Positions 62,959-64,000 of a stretch of 64,000 bases of DNA are shown here, one piece after another. The DNA comes from Eledone cirrhosa (lineage: Eukaryota), in assembly GCA_964016885.1 (NCBI GenBank), contig OZ024743.1, positions 370,946,001 through 371,010,000 on the forward strand, read 5' to 3'. The notes below the pieces were generated by a model that searched no databases, was not told the origin of the DNA, and saw only the letters and a list, made by a program, of their open reading frames with translations. The position numbers and the translations under genes are program-made. Numbering within the stretch: the first letter of the stretch is position 1; the number at the start of each line of letters is the position of its first letter.

Positions 62959-64000
62959 TCATCATCATTTCCGTTTAGCATCAATTCTTCCATGCGTGCA
63001 TGTGTTAGGCGGGTCGTCCATGCCGGGAAGTAATTCTGGCCATGGTTGGCCATATCGCACCTTGCTCCGGTGTGGACTATAAATTTGGCCGGGTATTTTA
63101 CTGCTTGATGCCCTTCCTAACACCAACCATATTTACAGTGTGGGACTCGATGGCTCTGTTATGAGGAGGGACAGGCCAGTTTGTCACGCCAAACCTGTCT
63201 CACAATGTAACCAGTGTTGGAGCCCAACCCCTCTCACAGCATAGTCACCATTTTGGGGGCCTGGTACTGGCTGAGGAAGGACAAGTGCGGAGCCACAGTT
63301 TGGAAGCCTGGTGTTGGACAACACCACTATGCGAAGAGGCCAGTTTAAGACCAGTACTGGATTGCACCGATACGAGGAGCCTAAACCCCTTTTACAGCAT
63401 AGCCATAGTTTCGTGGCCCAGTATTGGATGGCATCACCACGAGGAAGGACAGCCAGTTGGCCACGCCAAACCCATCTCACGGCATAACCATAGTTTAGGG
63501 GCCCGATACTGGATGACACCGCTTTGAGAAGTGGATAGTTGCAGAACCACAGTATGGGAGCCCGGCACTAGATGACACCACCATGAGAAGGGACAGGCCA
63601 ATTTGGCTGCGCCTAACCCCTCCCACAGTGGCACCCCAGTTTCGGAGCCAGGTACTCTCCACGCAACGAACCCTTCTTGTATGAAACCACCAGTTAGGGC
63701 CCATCACTGGATGGTACCGATACGAGGAACCTTACCCATCTCACAGCATAGCCATAGTTTCATGGCCCAGTATCAGATGGCACCGCCATGAGGAGGGTCA
63801 GGCCACTTGGCCAGACCAAACCCATTTCACAACATAACCATAGTTTAGGGGCCCAATACTGGATGACGCCGCTATGAGGAAGGATAGGTGCGGAACCACA
63901 GTATATGAGCCTGGCTCACAGCAGGAACACAGTTTCTGGAGCCCAGCACTCGATGACAACACTATGAGGAAGGACAGGCCAATTGGCTGTGCCAAACCTT
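62959..64000 (-). mobile_element. RTE-type 3' end (subfamily D) with a long hierarchical tandem array, runs off the window
   Basis: (CAT)n, tail hairpin ccatgcgtgcatg, gatgcccttcctaacacc motif, then repeated actggatggcacc..atgagga.ggac modules. Confidence 0.75.

Overview
Eukaryotic, AT-rich, almost entirely transposon-derived 64 kb window. The repeat families (RTE LINEs with (CAT)n tails, CORE-type and Nin-domain tRNA SINEs, long (TA)n/(CA)n runs) point to a coleoid cephalopod, probably Octopus; this is an inference. No host protein-coding gene could be supported, and most short ORFs are antisense or frameshifted TE pieces. Contents: about 20 copies or fragments of several RTE subfamilies (labelled A-D here by their 3' ends), three Penelope-like element (PLE) loci, an L1/Tx1 fragment, DD37D and mariner transposons, a Chapaev3-like fragment, five Helitron-type remnants, hAT, TTAA and Tigger-like MITEs, a 2991-bp tandem duplication bounded by SINEs, a minisatellite, and one CpG-rich candidate promoter. 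Most notable: (1) a C4HC3 PHD finger inserted inside the RTE reverse transcriptase; (2) a modular RNA system in which one two-hairpin unit sits in the RTE 5' UTR, is amplified into 2-13-copy arrays in RTE 3' UTRs, and is captured by a chimeric SINE; (3) a minimal hammerhead ribozyme with a U3:A8 core at the end of a PLE carrying two long protein insertions; (4) a SINE-mediated tandem duplication that contains an unexplained 611-bp unit. All coordinates were read by eye and many element ends are approximate.
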